A stretch of DNA of 58,716 bases from Candidatus Aphodosoma sp. (GTDB lineage Bacteria > Bacteroidota > Bacteroidia > Bacteroidales > Paludibacteraceae), in the NCBI GenBank assembly GCA_045653825.1, contig JAZOMI010000049.1:1-58716 (forward strand), in the 5' to 3' direction. A program made the position numbers and the translations under genes. The notes beneath the pieces were generated by a model. It saw only the letters and a program-made list of their open reading frames with translations, was not told where the DNA came from and did no database searches. This document shows, one piece after another, positions 1 through 9,209 of this stretch (the first letter of the stretch is position 1; the number at the start of each line of letters is the position of its first letter).

Positions 1-2330
1 CCTTTAACGATAAGGTTGAGTTCTTGGAAGTTGCCAAGGGCAATACGACGACCAATCTCTTCGAGAGTAAGGTGGTTAGAAGTACGAAGGCCTTGTTCGC
101 GAGCAAGTTGTTCGCGTTTGTTTGCAATATCGCGAGCCTCGTGGTCTTGATCGAAAATATTGAAGTTGTCGCCTGCTTGAGGTGCACCATTAAGACCCAA
201 TACGATAACTGGTTCAGCAGGACCTGCCTCTTTGATGCGTTGGTTACGCTCGTTGAACATTGCTTTCACACGACCATAAGCAGTACCAGCAAGCATAATA
301 TCACCTACACGCAACGTACCATTGTTTACGAGCACAGTTGCCACGTAGCCACGACCTTTGTCGAGCGAAGATTCGATAACCGAACCTGAAGCTTTACGAT
401 TAGGGTTTGCTTTGAGGTCAAGCAATTCGGCTTCGAGCAACACTTTTTCAAGCAACTCATTGACACCCATACCATGTTTAGCCGAAATGTCTTGCGATTG
501 ATATTTACCACCCCACTCTTCTACGAGATAATTCATCGCAGCGAGCGACTCTTTAATCTTATCAGGATTAGCACTTGGTTTATCTACTTTATTGATAGCA
601 AATACGATAGGTACACCTGCTGCAGATGCGTGGTTGATAGCCTCAACTGTTTGTGGCATGACATTGTCGTCAGCAGCTACAATGATAATTGCAATATCGG
701 TAACTTGAGCACCACGAGCACGCATCGCCGTAAATGCTTCGTGACCTGGAGTATCAAGGAACGTAATATGACGTCCATCTTCAAGCGTTACGTTGTAAGC
801 ACCGATATGTTGAGTGATACCACCAGCTTCACCTGCAATAACATTAGATTTACGAATATAGTCGAGCAATGAAGTTTTACCATGGTCAACGTGTCCCATC
901 ACAGTTACGATAGGTGGACGAGGAAGAAGATCTTCTTCGCTATCTTCCTCTTCTTGAATAGCATTGACAACATCAGCAGAAACAAATTCGGTTTGATAAC
1001 CAAACTCGTCAGCCACAATATTAATAGTTTCAGCATCGAGACGTTGGTTGATAGAAACGAACAAACCAAGATTGAAGCAAGTTTGAATAATCTGAGTTAC
1101 AGGCACATTCATCATCGCAGCCAACTCATTAGCAGTAACAAACTCAGTCAATTTAAGAATTTTTGATTCAAGTTGTTCCATTTCTTGCTCATTTTGCAAG
1201 CGTTGAGCATTGGCTTCACGTTTTTCTTTACGATATTTAGCACCTTTTTTCACACCTTTGTTACCTTCAGTAAGACGTGCCAATGTCTCTTTTACTTGAC
1301 GTGCAACATCTTCTTCACTAACTTGAGGGGCATGAATAACTTTTTGATTTTTATTCTTTTTCTTACCCTCTTTTTGTCCACCGCCTTGGCTTTGACCACC
1401 TTGTATAGCCTTACTTACATCAACACGTTCACCTCCACCAATGCGTTTGCGTTTTTTCTTATCGCCTTTTTCGCCACCTTTATTTTCGTTATTTGCTTTA
1501 TTTATCTCGCTACCTCCCTCTTGAGATGCCTTTTTGTTAGCCTCTTTTTGAGCTTTACGACGAACTTCAGCCGCTTGACGCTCTTTTGCTATACGATCTT
1601 TACGCAACTCCTCTTTCGATTTTTTAGCAGGACGAGTATTGCTATTTATTGCAGAAAGATCGATTTTATCAAGCACTTTAATATCGCTCTTAAACTCAAC
1701 TTTACGGAAAGTAAAGATTTCTTCCTCTTTTTTCTCTACTACAGGTTCTTCGGTTTTCTTTGGTTCTTCAACCTTTTTAACCTCGGCTTTCACAGTAGGT
1801 TTTTCTGTTTTATTTTCTTTGGCAAGATTTTCTTTTTCGACTGGTTTTGATTCTTTTTGTTTTTCCTCTTTTTTAGGTTTTGGTTCTGCCTTTTTCTCCT
1901 CTTTTTTAGGCGCAGGCTGAACAGAAGCAACCTCTTTTTTGGGCTCCTCTTTCTTTGGTTCTACTTTTGGCTCCTCTTTTTTCTCTGCAACTTTAGGTTT
2001 GTTAAGAGCATCCAAATCTATTTTACCTACAACGTTAAGTTGTGGTTTTTCTTGTTCTACTTTCACCTCTGGTTTCTTTACTTCTTTTTTGGACTCTTCA
2101 ACTACCTTTTTAGGTACTTCTACTTTTACTTTTTTCGCCTCTTTCTTTTGAGCTTCAAATTCAGACAACATTTCAGGTGTAGCAAATTCCTTCAAAAGCA
2201 AAGCCTCTTGTTCTCCTGTAAGTTTCGAATTAAAATCCTCTTCCACAGTAAAACCTTTCGATTTCAAAAAATCTGTTGCAGTACCAATACCAATCTTTAA
2301 TGTTTTTACTAATTTTCCTAATCTTGCCAT
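1..2330 (-). CDS. infB: translation initiation factor IF-2, N-terminal ~776 codons (3' end lies beyond window start)
   Basis: Minus-strand frame is open from ATG at 2330-2328 ([14 protein letters not shown]) through a K/E-rich region into the GTPase core. GHVDHG reads from revcomp ~880-900, DTPGHEA ~735-760, NKVD ~585-600. Absent from the ORF track because there is no stop inside the window. Lies downstream of nusA as in the conserved operon. Confidence 0.9.
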   Translation of the reverse strand, partial: MARLGKLVKTLKIGIGTATDFLKSKGFTVEEDFNSKLTGEQEALLLKEFATPEMLSEFEAQKKEAKKVKVEVPKKVVEESKKEVKKPEVKVEQEKPQLNVVGKIDLDALNKPKVAEKKEEPKVEPKKEEPKKEVASVQPAPKKEEKKAEPKPKKEEKQKESKPVEKENLAKENKTEKPTVKAEVKKVEEPKKTEEPVVEKKEEEIFTFRKVEFKSDIKVLDKIDLSAINSNTRPAKKSKEELRKDRIAKERQAAEVRRKAQKEANKKASQEGGSEINKANNENKGGEKGDKKKRKRIGGGERVDVSKAIQGGQSQGGGQKEGKKKNKNQKVIHAPQVSEEDVARQVKETLARLTEGNKGVKKGAKYRKEKREANAQRLQNEQEMEQLESKILKLTEFVTANELAAMMNVPVTQIIQTCFNLGLFVSINQRLDAETINIVADEFGYQTEFVSADVVNAIQEEEDSEEDLLPRPPIVTVMGHVDHGKTSLLDYIRKSNVIAGEAGGITQHIGAYNVTLEDGRHITFLDTPGHEAFTAMRARGAQVTDIAIIIVAADDNVMPQTVEAINHASAAGVPIVFAINKVDKPSANPDKIKESLAAMNYLVEEWGGKYQSQDISAKHGMGVNELLEKVLLEAELLDLKANPNRKASGSVIESSLDKGRGYVATVLVNNGTLRVGDIMLAGTAYGRVKAMFNERNQRIKEAGPAEPVIVLGLNGAPQAGDNFNIFDQDHEARDIANKREQLAREQGLRTSNHLTLEEIGRRIALGNFQELNLIVK

Positions 2331-2442
2331 ATAATAATTAAATTAAAAATTAAAAATTAAAAATTAAAAACTAAAAATTAAAAACTATAACAATCTCGTT
2401 TCATTACGAAATAATTATTAATTGTTAATTATTAATTGTTAA
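2331..2442. repeat. intergenic heptamer-word array (AAAATTA and ATTAATT/GTTAATT words)
   Basis: Visible period-7 tandem repeats fill the nusA-infB spacer. Confidence 0.8.
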
Positions 2443-3693
2443 TTAATCTTCGAATTCTGCTTTCAACACAGCCAATACCTCATCGATAGTCTCTTCTTCG
2501 AGGTCTGAACGTTGAATCAACTCTTCACGAGTGAGCGACAACACGTTTTTAGCTGTATCGCAACCGATACCTTTCAATACATCAATAATCCAGCTATCGA
2601 TTTCATCGCTAAATTCATCAAGGTAAATATCTTCTTCATCCACTTCAACGTCGTTACGGAATACATCGATTGTATAACCTGTAAGCATTGTAGCCAATTT
2701 GATGTTGTTACCGTTTTTACCGATAGCGAGCGAAATCTCTTCTGGGCGAAGATATACGTTTGCTTTTTTGTTTTCTTCGTCAAGCTCAATAGTTTGCACT
2801 TTCGCTGGGCTCAATGCGCGAGCGATATAAAGGCTTGGATTTGCTGTATAGTTGATAACGTCGATATTTTCGTTGCGCAATTCACGCACAATACCATGAA
2901 TACGAGCACCTTTCATACCCACACATGCTCCTACTGGGTCAATACGGTCGTCGAACGACTCAACAGCCACTTTCGCACGCTCACCAGGAATACGTACCAC
3001 CTTCTTGATAGTAATCAAACCGTCGTGAATTTCAGGCACCTCTTGTTCGATAAGACGTTCCAAGAACAAAGGTGAAGTACGCGAAAGATAGATTTTTGGA
3101 TTATTATTTTTATTATCTACACGAAGCACAACCGCACGAATAGGTTCGCCTTTACGATAGAAATCATTAGGAATTTGCTCTTGTTTTGGAAGAAGCATTT
3201 CATTTTTATCCTCATCCAAAATAAGCACCTCTTTCTTCCACACTTGATAAACATCGCCAGTCACCACTTGACCAATAATATCAGCATATCTCTCATAGAG
3301 AGCCTCTTTTTGAAGTTCGAGAATACGAGATGCCAAAGTTTGACGAAGATTGAGAACGGCACGACGTCCAAAACTCAAAAACTCTACTTTATCCACAACC
3401 TCTTCGCCCACTTCATAGTCTTCATCTATCTCTTGAGCTGCACTAAGTGCAATCTCCATGCTTTCATTTTCCAATTCATCGTCCTCAACGATAGTACGTG
3501 TACGAAGAATTTCGCAGTCACCTGTCTCAGGATTGATAATCACATCATAGTTCTCATCTGTTCCATACATCTTAGCAATCACACTACGGAACGAATCTTC
3601 CAAAATACTGATCAATGTAGAACGATCAATCGCCTTCAAATCTTTGAACTCCGAAAAGGTTTCAATAAGATTTACTTTCTCTTTTTTAGCCAT
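2443..3693 (-). CDS. nusA: transcription termination/antitermination factor NusA
   Basis: 416 aa ORF with the typical NusA N-terminus (LIETFSEFKDLKAIDRSTLISILEDSFRSVIAKMYG), S1/KH region, and position between rimP and infB. Confidence 0.95.
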   Translation of the reverse strand: MAKKEKVNLIETFSEFKDLKAIDRSTLISILEDSFRSVIAKMYGTDENYDVIINPETGDCEILRTRTIVEDDELENESMEIALSAAQEIDEDYEVGEEVVDKVEFLSFGRRAVLNLRQTLASRILELQKEALYERYADIIGQVVTGDVYQVWKKEVLILDEDKNEMLLPKQEQIPNDFYRKGEPIRAVVLRVDNKNNNPKIYLSRTSPLFLERLIEQEVPEIHDGLITIKKVVRIPGERAKVAVESFDDRIDPVGACVGMKGARIHGIVRELRNENIDVINYTANPSLYIARALSPAKVQTIELDEENKKANVYLRPEEISLAIGKNGNNIKLATMLTGYTIDVFRNDVEVDEEDIYLDEFSDEIDSWIIDVLKGIGCDTAKNVLSLTREELIQRSDLEEETIDEVLAVLKAEFED

Positions 3694-3773
3694 TTTTTCA
3701 AGTTGAAAATTGAAAATTGAAAGTTGAAAGTTAATACCTACGGCAAAATTTCAAATTTCAAATTTCAAATTAA
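3694..3773. repeat. intergenic heptamer-word array (TGAAAAT/TGAAAGT then AAATTTC words)
   Basis: Period-7 tandem repeats. The two halves are near reverse complements around a short unique centre. Confidence 0.8.
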
Positions 3774-4232
3774 TTAAAATTTATATTTTGTATATTTTAT
3801 TTCAGAATATTTAAATTCGATGCGCTCAGTATAAGGCTTCTTACGCTTATCACCCTCTTTACGTATCATTTTAGTCTCCTCAATCACAAAACTCTCATCA
3901 CCCACTTCAACCAATACACCCTCATGTTTAATACCATTAGCCTCCAACACCTCAACGTCCTTATTAAGATTTTTCTCGTACTGACGTTTCACTTTGAATG
4001 GAGAAGTAAGTCCAGCCGAACCCACCTCAAGCTCATAATCCTCTACCTCACGGTCGAAATTCGCCTCAATAAAACGATTTAATTCTACACAAAAATCAAT
4101 ATCCACGCCCTCATCGGCATCAATTTCCACCTTAATCACGTTGTCAACCGACACCGTAACATCAACTAAAAAATATCTTGTATCAGCCAACTTACTGATA
4201 ACCAAATTAGTAATAATATCTTTTTGTATCAT
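3774..4232 (-). CDS. rimP: ribosome maturation factor RimP
   Basis: RimP-like sequence (YELEVGSAGLTSPFKVKRQY) directly upstream of nusA. The ORF track start at 4238 is GTG; the ATG two codons downstream at 4232 is used here. Confidence 0.88.
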   Translation of the reverse strand: MIQKDIITNLVISKLADTRYFLVDVTVSVDNVIKVEIDADEGVDIDFCVELNRFIEANFDREVEDYELEVGSAGLTSPFKVKRQYEKNLNKDVEVLEANGIKHEGVLVEVGDESFVIEETKMIRKEGDKRKKPYTERIEFKYSEIKYTKYKF

Positions 4233-4252
4233 AATCACTTAATACTACGAAC

Positions 4253-4300
4253 TGAGGGGACTACTCGTCCCCTCAATATCTTAAATTCGGTGCAAAGTTA
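4253..4300 (-). promoter_or_regulatory. promoter -7 box plus leader hairpin of the rimP-nusA-infB operon
   Basis: Revcomp of 4293-4300 is TAACTTTG (Bacteroidetes TAnnTTTG -7 consensus). A 9-bp GC-rich hairpin (4253-4261 / 4267-4275) sits between the box and the rimP start. Confidence 0.6.
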
Positions 4301-4357
4301 CAACTTTTTTTACTAACCACCAAATTTTATGAATTAAAAATTTGATTTTATGCAAAA

Positions 4358-4771
4358 TTAAATTTCAAAATCTACATCAAAATCATATTTTTTCTCTTCT
4401 GTTGCAGGAGCAACCTCCACTACTGGAACTTCTGTCGCAACAGGAGCCGCTTGCTCGTTACGATAACTGCGGAACTCACGAATATCACGTGCACCATTAG
4501 CAGCATTGTTTTCATTGATGAAACCAATAATCTCAGTCAACGCGTCTGTAAATTTCTCAAAATCTTCTTTGTAAAGGAAAATTTTGTGCTTTTCGTACAT
4601 TACAGGAGCACTTTCATCTTCTGCGAATTTCTTCTTACTCTCAGTGATTGCAAGAAATAAATCATTGTTACGACTACGTTTCACATCAAGGTAATAAATA
4701 CGTTTACCTGCTTTTACTGACTTAGAGAACACAATTTCTTGCTCTTTTCTCTCATTTTTGAATTCTTCCAT
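4358..4771 (-). CDS. PUR-alpha-like DNA/RNA-binding protein (DUF3276 family)
   Basis: 137 aa. The segment IVFSKSVKAGKRIYYLDVKRSRNNDLFLAITESKKKF matches my recollection of Bacteroidetes DUF3276/PUR proteins. Confidence 0.65.
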   Translation of the reverse strand: MEEFKNERKEQEIVFSKSVKAGKRIYYLDVKRSRNNDLFLAITESKKKFAEDESAPVMYEKHKIFLYKEDFEKFTDALTEIIGFINENNAANGARDIREFRSYRNEQAAPVATEVPVVEVAPATEEKKYDFDVDFEI

Positions 4772-5046
4772 ATCAATTCAACTCTTTTTGTAATTAACTG
4801 ATTTACAACAAATCAGCTTTAAATAAATTTGTTTTAATAAATTAATTTATTGAAATATTTTTCAGTCCTCAAAGTTGTAATTTTTTTTTGACATAACAAA
4901 ATGTTTTTTAATATTTTTTCAAAAAAAATTACAAAAAACACTCATTGCAACAACCACAATACTAATAATCAACATATTAACCCAACTCTATTCTCAATTC
5001 TCAATTCTCAACTCTCAATTCTATTGCTACTTTCAACTTTTTTTTG

Positions 5047-5054
5047 TAACTTTG
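5047..5054 (+). promoter_or_regulatory. -7 promoter box TAACTTTG upstream of nusB
   Basis: Exact TAnnTTTG match 23 nt upstream of the nusB start. Confidence 0.6.
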
Positions 5055-5076
5055 CAAGTCAAATAAATTAAGCGTA

Positions 5077-6093
5077 ATGATCAACAGAGCTCTTTTAAGA
5101 ATTAAGGTAGCGCAAGTCTTGTATGCTTGTTTTGCAAAAGAAAATTCCGACCTCACAACGGCTGAAAACGAATTGCAATTAAGCATACAAAAATCGTATG
5201 ATTTATATCACTACATATTGCTACTCATTGCCGAATCGCGCCGTTACACAGAAGTAAAAGCCGATTCTCTTCGCGACCGTATTGGTGGTGTTCGTGTAAA
5301 CGAAATGTTTAACGAACAATTCATGAATAACAAATTTGCTCGTCAACTCGGCGAAAACAAAGATTTATATTCGTATGCAAACGAACGTGGACTAACATGG
5401 GAAGACGATATTGAATTCATAAAATATCTAATCTCACAAGTAAACCGCCGCGAATACTACTGCATCTACATCGCCAAAAAGAACCCTTCGTATGGCGAAG
5501 ACAAAAAATTCTGGCGCGACATCCTCGCTAACGAATTCCAAGAAAACGAACAGTTCGACCACCTACTCGAACAAAAATCAATCTATTGGAGCGACGACAT
5601 CGACATCGTTTTCAGTTTCGTGGAAAAAACTATCAAACAATTCAAAGAAGAAAATGGTCCTGACCAACCTCTTCTCCCTATGTACAAAGACAAAGCCGAC
5701 AAAACTTTTGCATTCAAACTCCTCGACTCTGTACTACTCCACAACACCGAACTCGAAAACATCATCACTAAATATCTCATCGATTGGGACATTGACCGCG
5801 TGGCTATGATGGACAAAGTTATTCTTAAAACTGCCATCGCCGAACTTCTCTACTTCTCTACCATCCCTGTCAACGTAACCCTCGATGAGTATATCGAACT
5901 TGCAAAATATTACGGCACTAAGAAAAGTAGCAAATTCATCAACGGCGTACTCGACAAAGTCGTAAAAGAACTTCGCGAAACAAGCGAACTCAGCAAGTTC
6001 AAAATCTCAAACAAAAAATCAAAAAGCGAAGTCTCTTCCGAACTCAAAGAATCAGAGCCCAAATCTAAAACCGAAGAAACCGAAAACAACTAA
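5077..6093 (+). CDS. nusB: transcription antitermination factor NusB (long Bacteroidetes form)
   Basis: 338 aa with N-terminal RALLRIKVAQVLYA and a C-terminal NusB fold region (DRVAMMDKVILKTAIAELLYF...ELAKYYGTKKSSKFINGVLDKV). Confidence 0.85.
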   Translation: MINRALLRIKVAQVLYACFAKENSDLTTAENELQLSIQKSYDLYHYILLLIAESRRYTEVKADSLRDRIGGVRVNEMFNEQFMNNKFARQLGENKDLYSYANERGLTWEDDIEFIKYLISQVNRREYYCIYIAKKNPSYGEDKKFWRDILANEFQENEQFDHLLEQKSIYWSDDIDIVFSFVEKTIKQFKEENGPDQPLLPMYKDKADKTFAFKLLDSVLLHNTELENIITKYLIDWDIDRVAMMDKVILKTAIAELLYFSTIPVNVTLDEYIELAKYYGTKKSSKFINGVLDKVVKELRETSELSKFKISNKKSKSEVSSELKESEPKSKTEETENN

Positions 6094-6165
6094 TAACTAA
6101 TAACAAAGCGAAGCTGAGTACGAAAATCGGGCAACTCACTACTCGCTACTAAAAATCTCTATACT

Positions 6166-6495
6166 ATGTTAGCTACAATCTTATTACAAGCTGCTACTGC
6201 AGAAGGCGCACAAGGCGCAGGTTGGATGAATATGGTAATGTTGCTTCTAATCTTCGTTATCTTCTACTTTTTCATGATTCGTCCACAAACTAAACGTCAA
6301 AAAGAGATCAAAAAATTCCAAGACTCTCTCGAGAATGGTAAAACTGTCATCACTCAAGGCGGTATCTATGGTCGTGTACGCGAAGTAAAAGACAACTATG
6401 TACTTGTCGAAATCGCTGATGGCGTAAAAATCCGTGTAAACAAAAACATGGTTTTCGACTCTCCTGAAGATGCAACACAACAACCTGCAAAATAA
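6166..6495 (+). CDS. yajC: preprotein translocase subunit YajC
   Basis: 109 aa with one TM helix, then FFMIRPQTKRQKE and GGIYGRVREVKDNYVLVEI, typical of YajC. Confidence 0.9.
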   Translation: MLATILLQAATAEGAQGAGWMNMVMLLLIFVIFYFFMIRPQTKRQKEIKKFQDSLENGKTVITQGGIYGRVREVKDNYVLVEIADGVKIRVNKNMVFDSPEDATQQPAK

Positions 6496-6503
6496 TTAAA
6501 ACT

Positions 6504-7487
6504 ATGAATTCAAAACGCTTTTTGGTGTACATTAAGCGACAAGGGAATAAAGTTGCTACATTCTTGAAATCTCGAGATGTAGTAACTTTTTTGTTCTTCT
6601 TCGTCCTCGCTTTCTTCTTATGGTATATGTATAACATTGGCACTCAACGCGAAATCAGTCGCCGAATACCAATCACATATATCGGTATCCCCGACAACGT
6701 CCAACTCGAAAAAAAATTACCACAAGAGATAAAATTTGTAATCAAGGACGAAGGTAAAACCATTTGGAGCTATCGCAAATCCCAATTCGATACGCTCCGA
6801 ATCGACCTAACCAACCATTTCAACGAAAACAACACCCTCGAAATAAAATTCGAAGAACAATTCAAAAAAATCCTCTCTCATCTCTCACCAACCACCAAAG
6901 TTATAGAACTAAATCCGGGCTATTTCTCATCAAAATACATACGTCTATACTCTAAATCAGTGCCTGTTGTTACAAGCAATGTAATCAAACTCGCACCACA
7001 ACACGTCATGTACGACACAATAGCCATATCGCCCAAATTCATCTCACTAATTGGCACAAAAGAATCTGTTGACACCATCTCCTATCTCTATCTCGAACCA
7101 ATAACCGAAACCTTCGACAAAACCAAAACCCTCTCTGTCAACATTCAAAAACCTCAAGGCGTAAATATCAATCGCACATCCGTAAACGTAACAATCCCAG
7201 TCGAAATGTGCACCGAAAAAGAAGTAACAGTTCCAATCGTAGTCGAAAATCTACCACGAAACACCTATATCCGCACCTTCCCATCCGAAGTCAAAATTCG
7301 TTTCAGCGTAGGTCTCAGCCACTACAACTCCGTAACCGAATCCACCTTCCGTGCCATATTCGACTACAACGATATCCGCCTCAACCCCGACAAAAGTACT
7401 GCCACCCTCCAACTCGACTACACCTCAGGCTACATCTTCAACATCCAACTCACCCCATCCGAAGTCGAATACATAATTGAGAATTGA
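6504..7487 (+). CDS. YbbR-like domain-containing membrane protein
   Basis: 327 aa with an N-terminal TM helix. Its position between yajC and coaE matches Bacteroides. The family call is from memory. Confidence 0.55.
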   Translation: MNSKRFLVYIKRQGNKVATFLKSRDVVTFLFFFVLAFFLWYMYNIGTQREISRRIPITYIGIPDNVQLEKKLPQEIKFVIKDEGKTIWSYRKSQFDTLRIDLTNHFNENNTLEIKFEEQFKKILSHLSPTTKVIELNPGYFSSKYIRLYSKSVPVVTSNVIKLAPQHVMYDTIAISPKFISLIGTKESVDTISYLYLEPITETFDKTKTLSVNIQKPQGVNINRTSVNVTIPVEMCTEKEVTVPIVVENLPRNTYIRTFPSEVKIRFSVGLSHYNSVTESTFRAIFDYNDIRLNPDKSTATLQLDYTSGYIFNIQLTPSEVEYIIEN

Positions 7488-7789
7488 TATTCCTCCCACA
7501 AATATCACAAATTCACACAAATATCTTTTGTGATTATTTGTATCATTCGTAGGAATATACATCATATTATATTTCTATCTTCAGCCAGCGAAGCTCGGCG
7601 TTCTTCCGTGAACCAACGGTCTTTGAACCTTTAGGTGAAAAAATTCTGTATATTCCGTGAGAAAAATATCATCAGTGAGAAAAGAAACGCTGAAAATCTG
7701 TCTTTAGTGTCGAGATTTTGCGAAGCAAAAGCAAGACCATCATGTAAAAAAGTAGGGACGCTCGGCTCTAGCGTCCGCAATATATTATT

Positions 7790-8389
7790 ATGTCATTCTG
7801 TCTTAAAAAAAACACAAAAAAAATAGGTATCACAGGCGGTATAGGTTCAGGCAAAAGCGTAATATCACGCATATTAAAAACTATGGGCTACCCTGTCTAT
7901 GACTCTGATTCGTGGGCAAAACACTTGATGAACCACCACCCCGATATCCGTCAAGCCCTAACCCTCAAATTCGGCATAGAAACCTACACCTCCGAAGGCT
8001 TAAACCGCACCTATTTAGCCCAACAAATATTCAATAACAAAGAAAATCTCGCCTTCGTCAATTCTTTAGTTCACCCTATCGTCGGACAACATTTCTTAGA
8101 GTGGGCAAATTCTCAAAATTCAGGACTCGTATTCATCGAAAGCGCAATACTTTTCAGCAGTGGATTAAATAAAATTCTCGATGAAACAATATATGTTGAT
8201 GCACCACAACATGTTCGTCTTCAACGCGCGATGGCTCGCGACAACGCCTCTGCCGAAGCAATTATAGCTCGCATCAACAGCCAACAGCAAGACAACGAAT
8301 ATGCCATTGCACATTCAACTCACATAATTATCAACGACAACCAAACACCTCTAATACCACAAACTCTATCAATATTACAAAAAATATAA
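7790..8389 (+). CDS. coaE: dephospho-CoA kinase
   Basis: 199 aa with the P-loop IGITGGIGSGKS near the N-terminus and CoaE-like length. Confidence 0.9.
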   Translation: MSFCLKKNTKKIGITGGIGSGKSVISRILKTMGYPVYDSDSWAKHLMNHHPDIRQALTLKFGIETYTSEGLNRTYLAQQIFNNKENLAFVNSLVHPIVGQHFLEWANSQNSGLVFIESAILFSSGLNKILDETIYVDAPQHVRLQRAMARDNASAEAIIARINSQQQDNEYAIAHSTHIIINDNQTPLIPQTLSILQKI

Positions 8390-9126
8390 TGCAAAAAAAA
8401 GCGACAAAAAGAAACAATAAAATTTCATTTGGCAAACGCATCTGGCAATATACCTACCGAACAATACTCATCCTCTGGGTCCTAACCATTGCATCAGTTT
8501 TTCTTCTAAAATACATTCCAGTATATTTCACACCTTTAATGGTTTTGCGCTCTTGCCAATCAATTTTTGATGGCAAAATGCCTCGCAACAACAAAAAATG
8601 GGTACCCCTCAACGAAATATCACCAAATCTCGCAATAGCATGTGTTGCAAGTGAAGACAACCTTTTTATGCAACACAAAGGATTCTCTGAGCGAGCCATA
8701 AAACAAGCTCTCATCGAACGCCTAGAAGGAAAACGCATACGAGGAGGTAGCACCATATCCCAACAAACAGCAAAAAATGTCTTCACGTTCTGCTCCCGCA
8801 CATGGTTTCGTAAAGGTATAGAGACCTACTATACCATCCTAATCGAACTCATATGGGGCAAAGAACGTATCATGGAAGTATATCTCAACATTGTCGAATT
8901 AGGCGATGGCATATATGGAGCCGAAGCAGCATCGCAATATTATTGGGGAATACCAGCTAGCAAACTATCAAAAGCCCAATCTGCCCTAATCGCAGCAGCA
9001 CTACCCAATCCACTGCACTATAGCATCTCCCGCCCTGGACCTTACATGCAAAAACGACAAAAACAAATATTAGATCTAATGCCCAAAATGGGTAAAATAG
9101 ATTTCCTACAGAAAAAAAATCACTGA
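8389..9126 (+). CDS. mtgA: monofunctional biosynthetic peptidoglycan transglycosylase
   Basis: 245 aa with an N-terminal TM helix and GT51 motifs (EDNLFMQHKGF, RGGSTISQQTAKN). Confidence 0.9.
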   Translation: MQKKATKRNNKISFGKRIWQYTYRTILILWVLTIASVFLLKYIPVYFTPLMVLRSCQSIFDGKMPRNNKKWVPLNEISPNLAIACVASEDNLFMQHKGFSERAIKQALIERLEGKRIRGGSTISQQTAKNVFTFCSRTWFRKGIETYYTILIELIWGKERIMEVYLNIVELGDGIYGAEAASQYYWGIPASKLSKAQSALIAAALPNPLHYSISRPGPYMQKRQKQILDLMPKMGKIDFLQKKNH

Positions 9127-9209
9127 ACAATAATAACATTTAATAGATTGACTAGTGGGCATTTAGCATGCATACGGAATAGAAAATATGTTTTTAAATT
9201 GATACCATA

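Noticed and set aside
24-2300. Plus-strand ORFs (24..389, 474..872, 882..1166, 1173..1850, 1857..2300 and others) with F/L/S-rich low-complexity translations.
   Set aside because: They are antisense to the clearly recognisable infB reading frame (GTPase motifs and K/E-rich N-terminal region on the minus strand), so they are shadow ORFs.
7635-7826. 63-aa ORF upstream of, and overlapping, the coaE start.
   Set aside because: It lies entirely within intergenic word sequence, including a degenerate hairpin word and the GGACGCT hairpin, and has no protein-like features.
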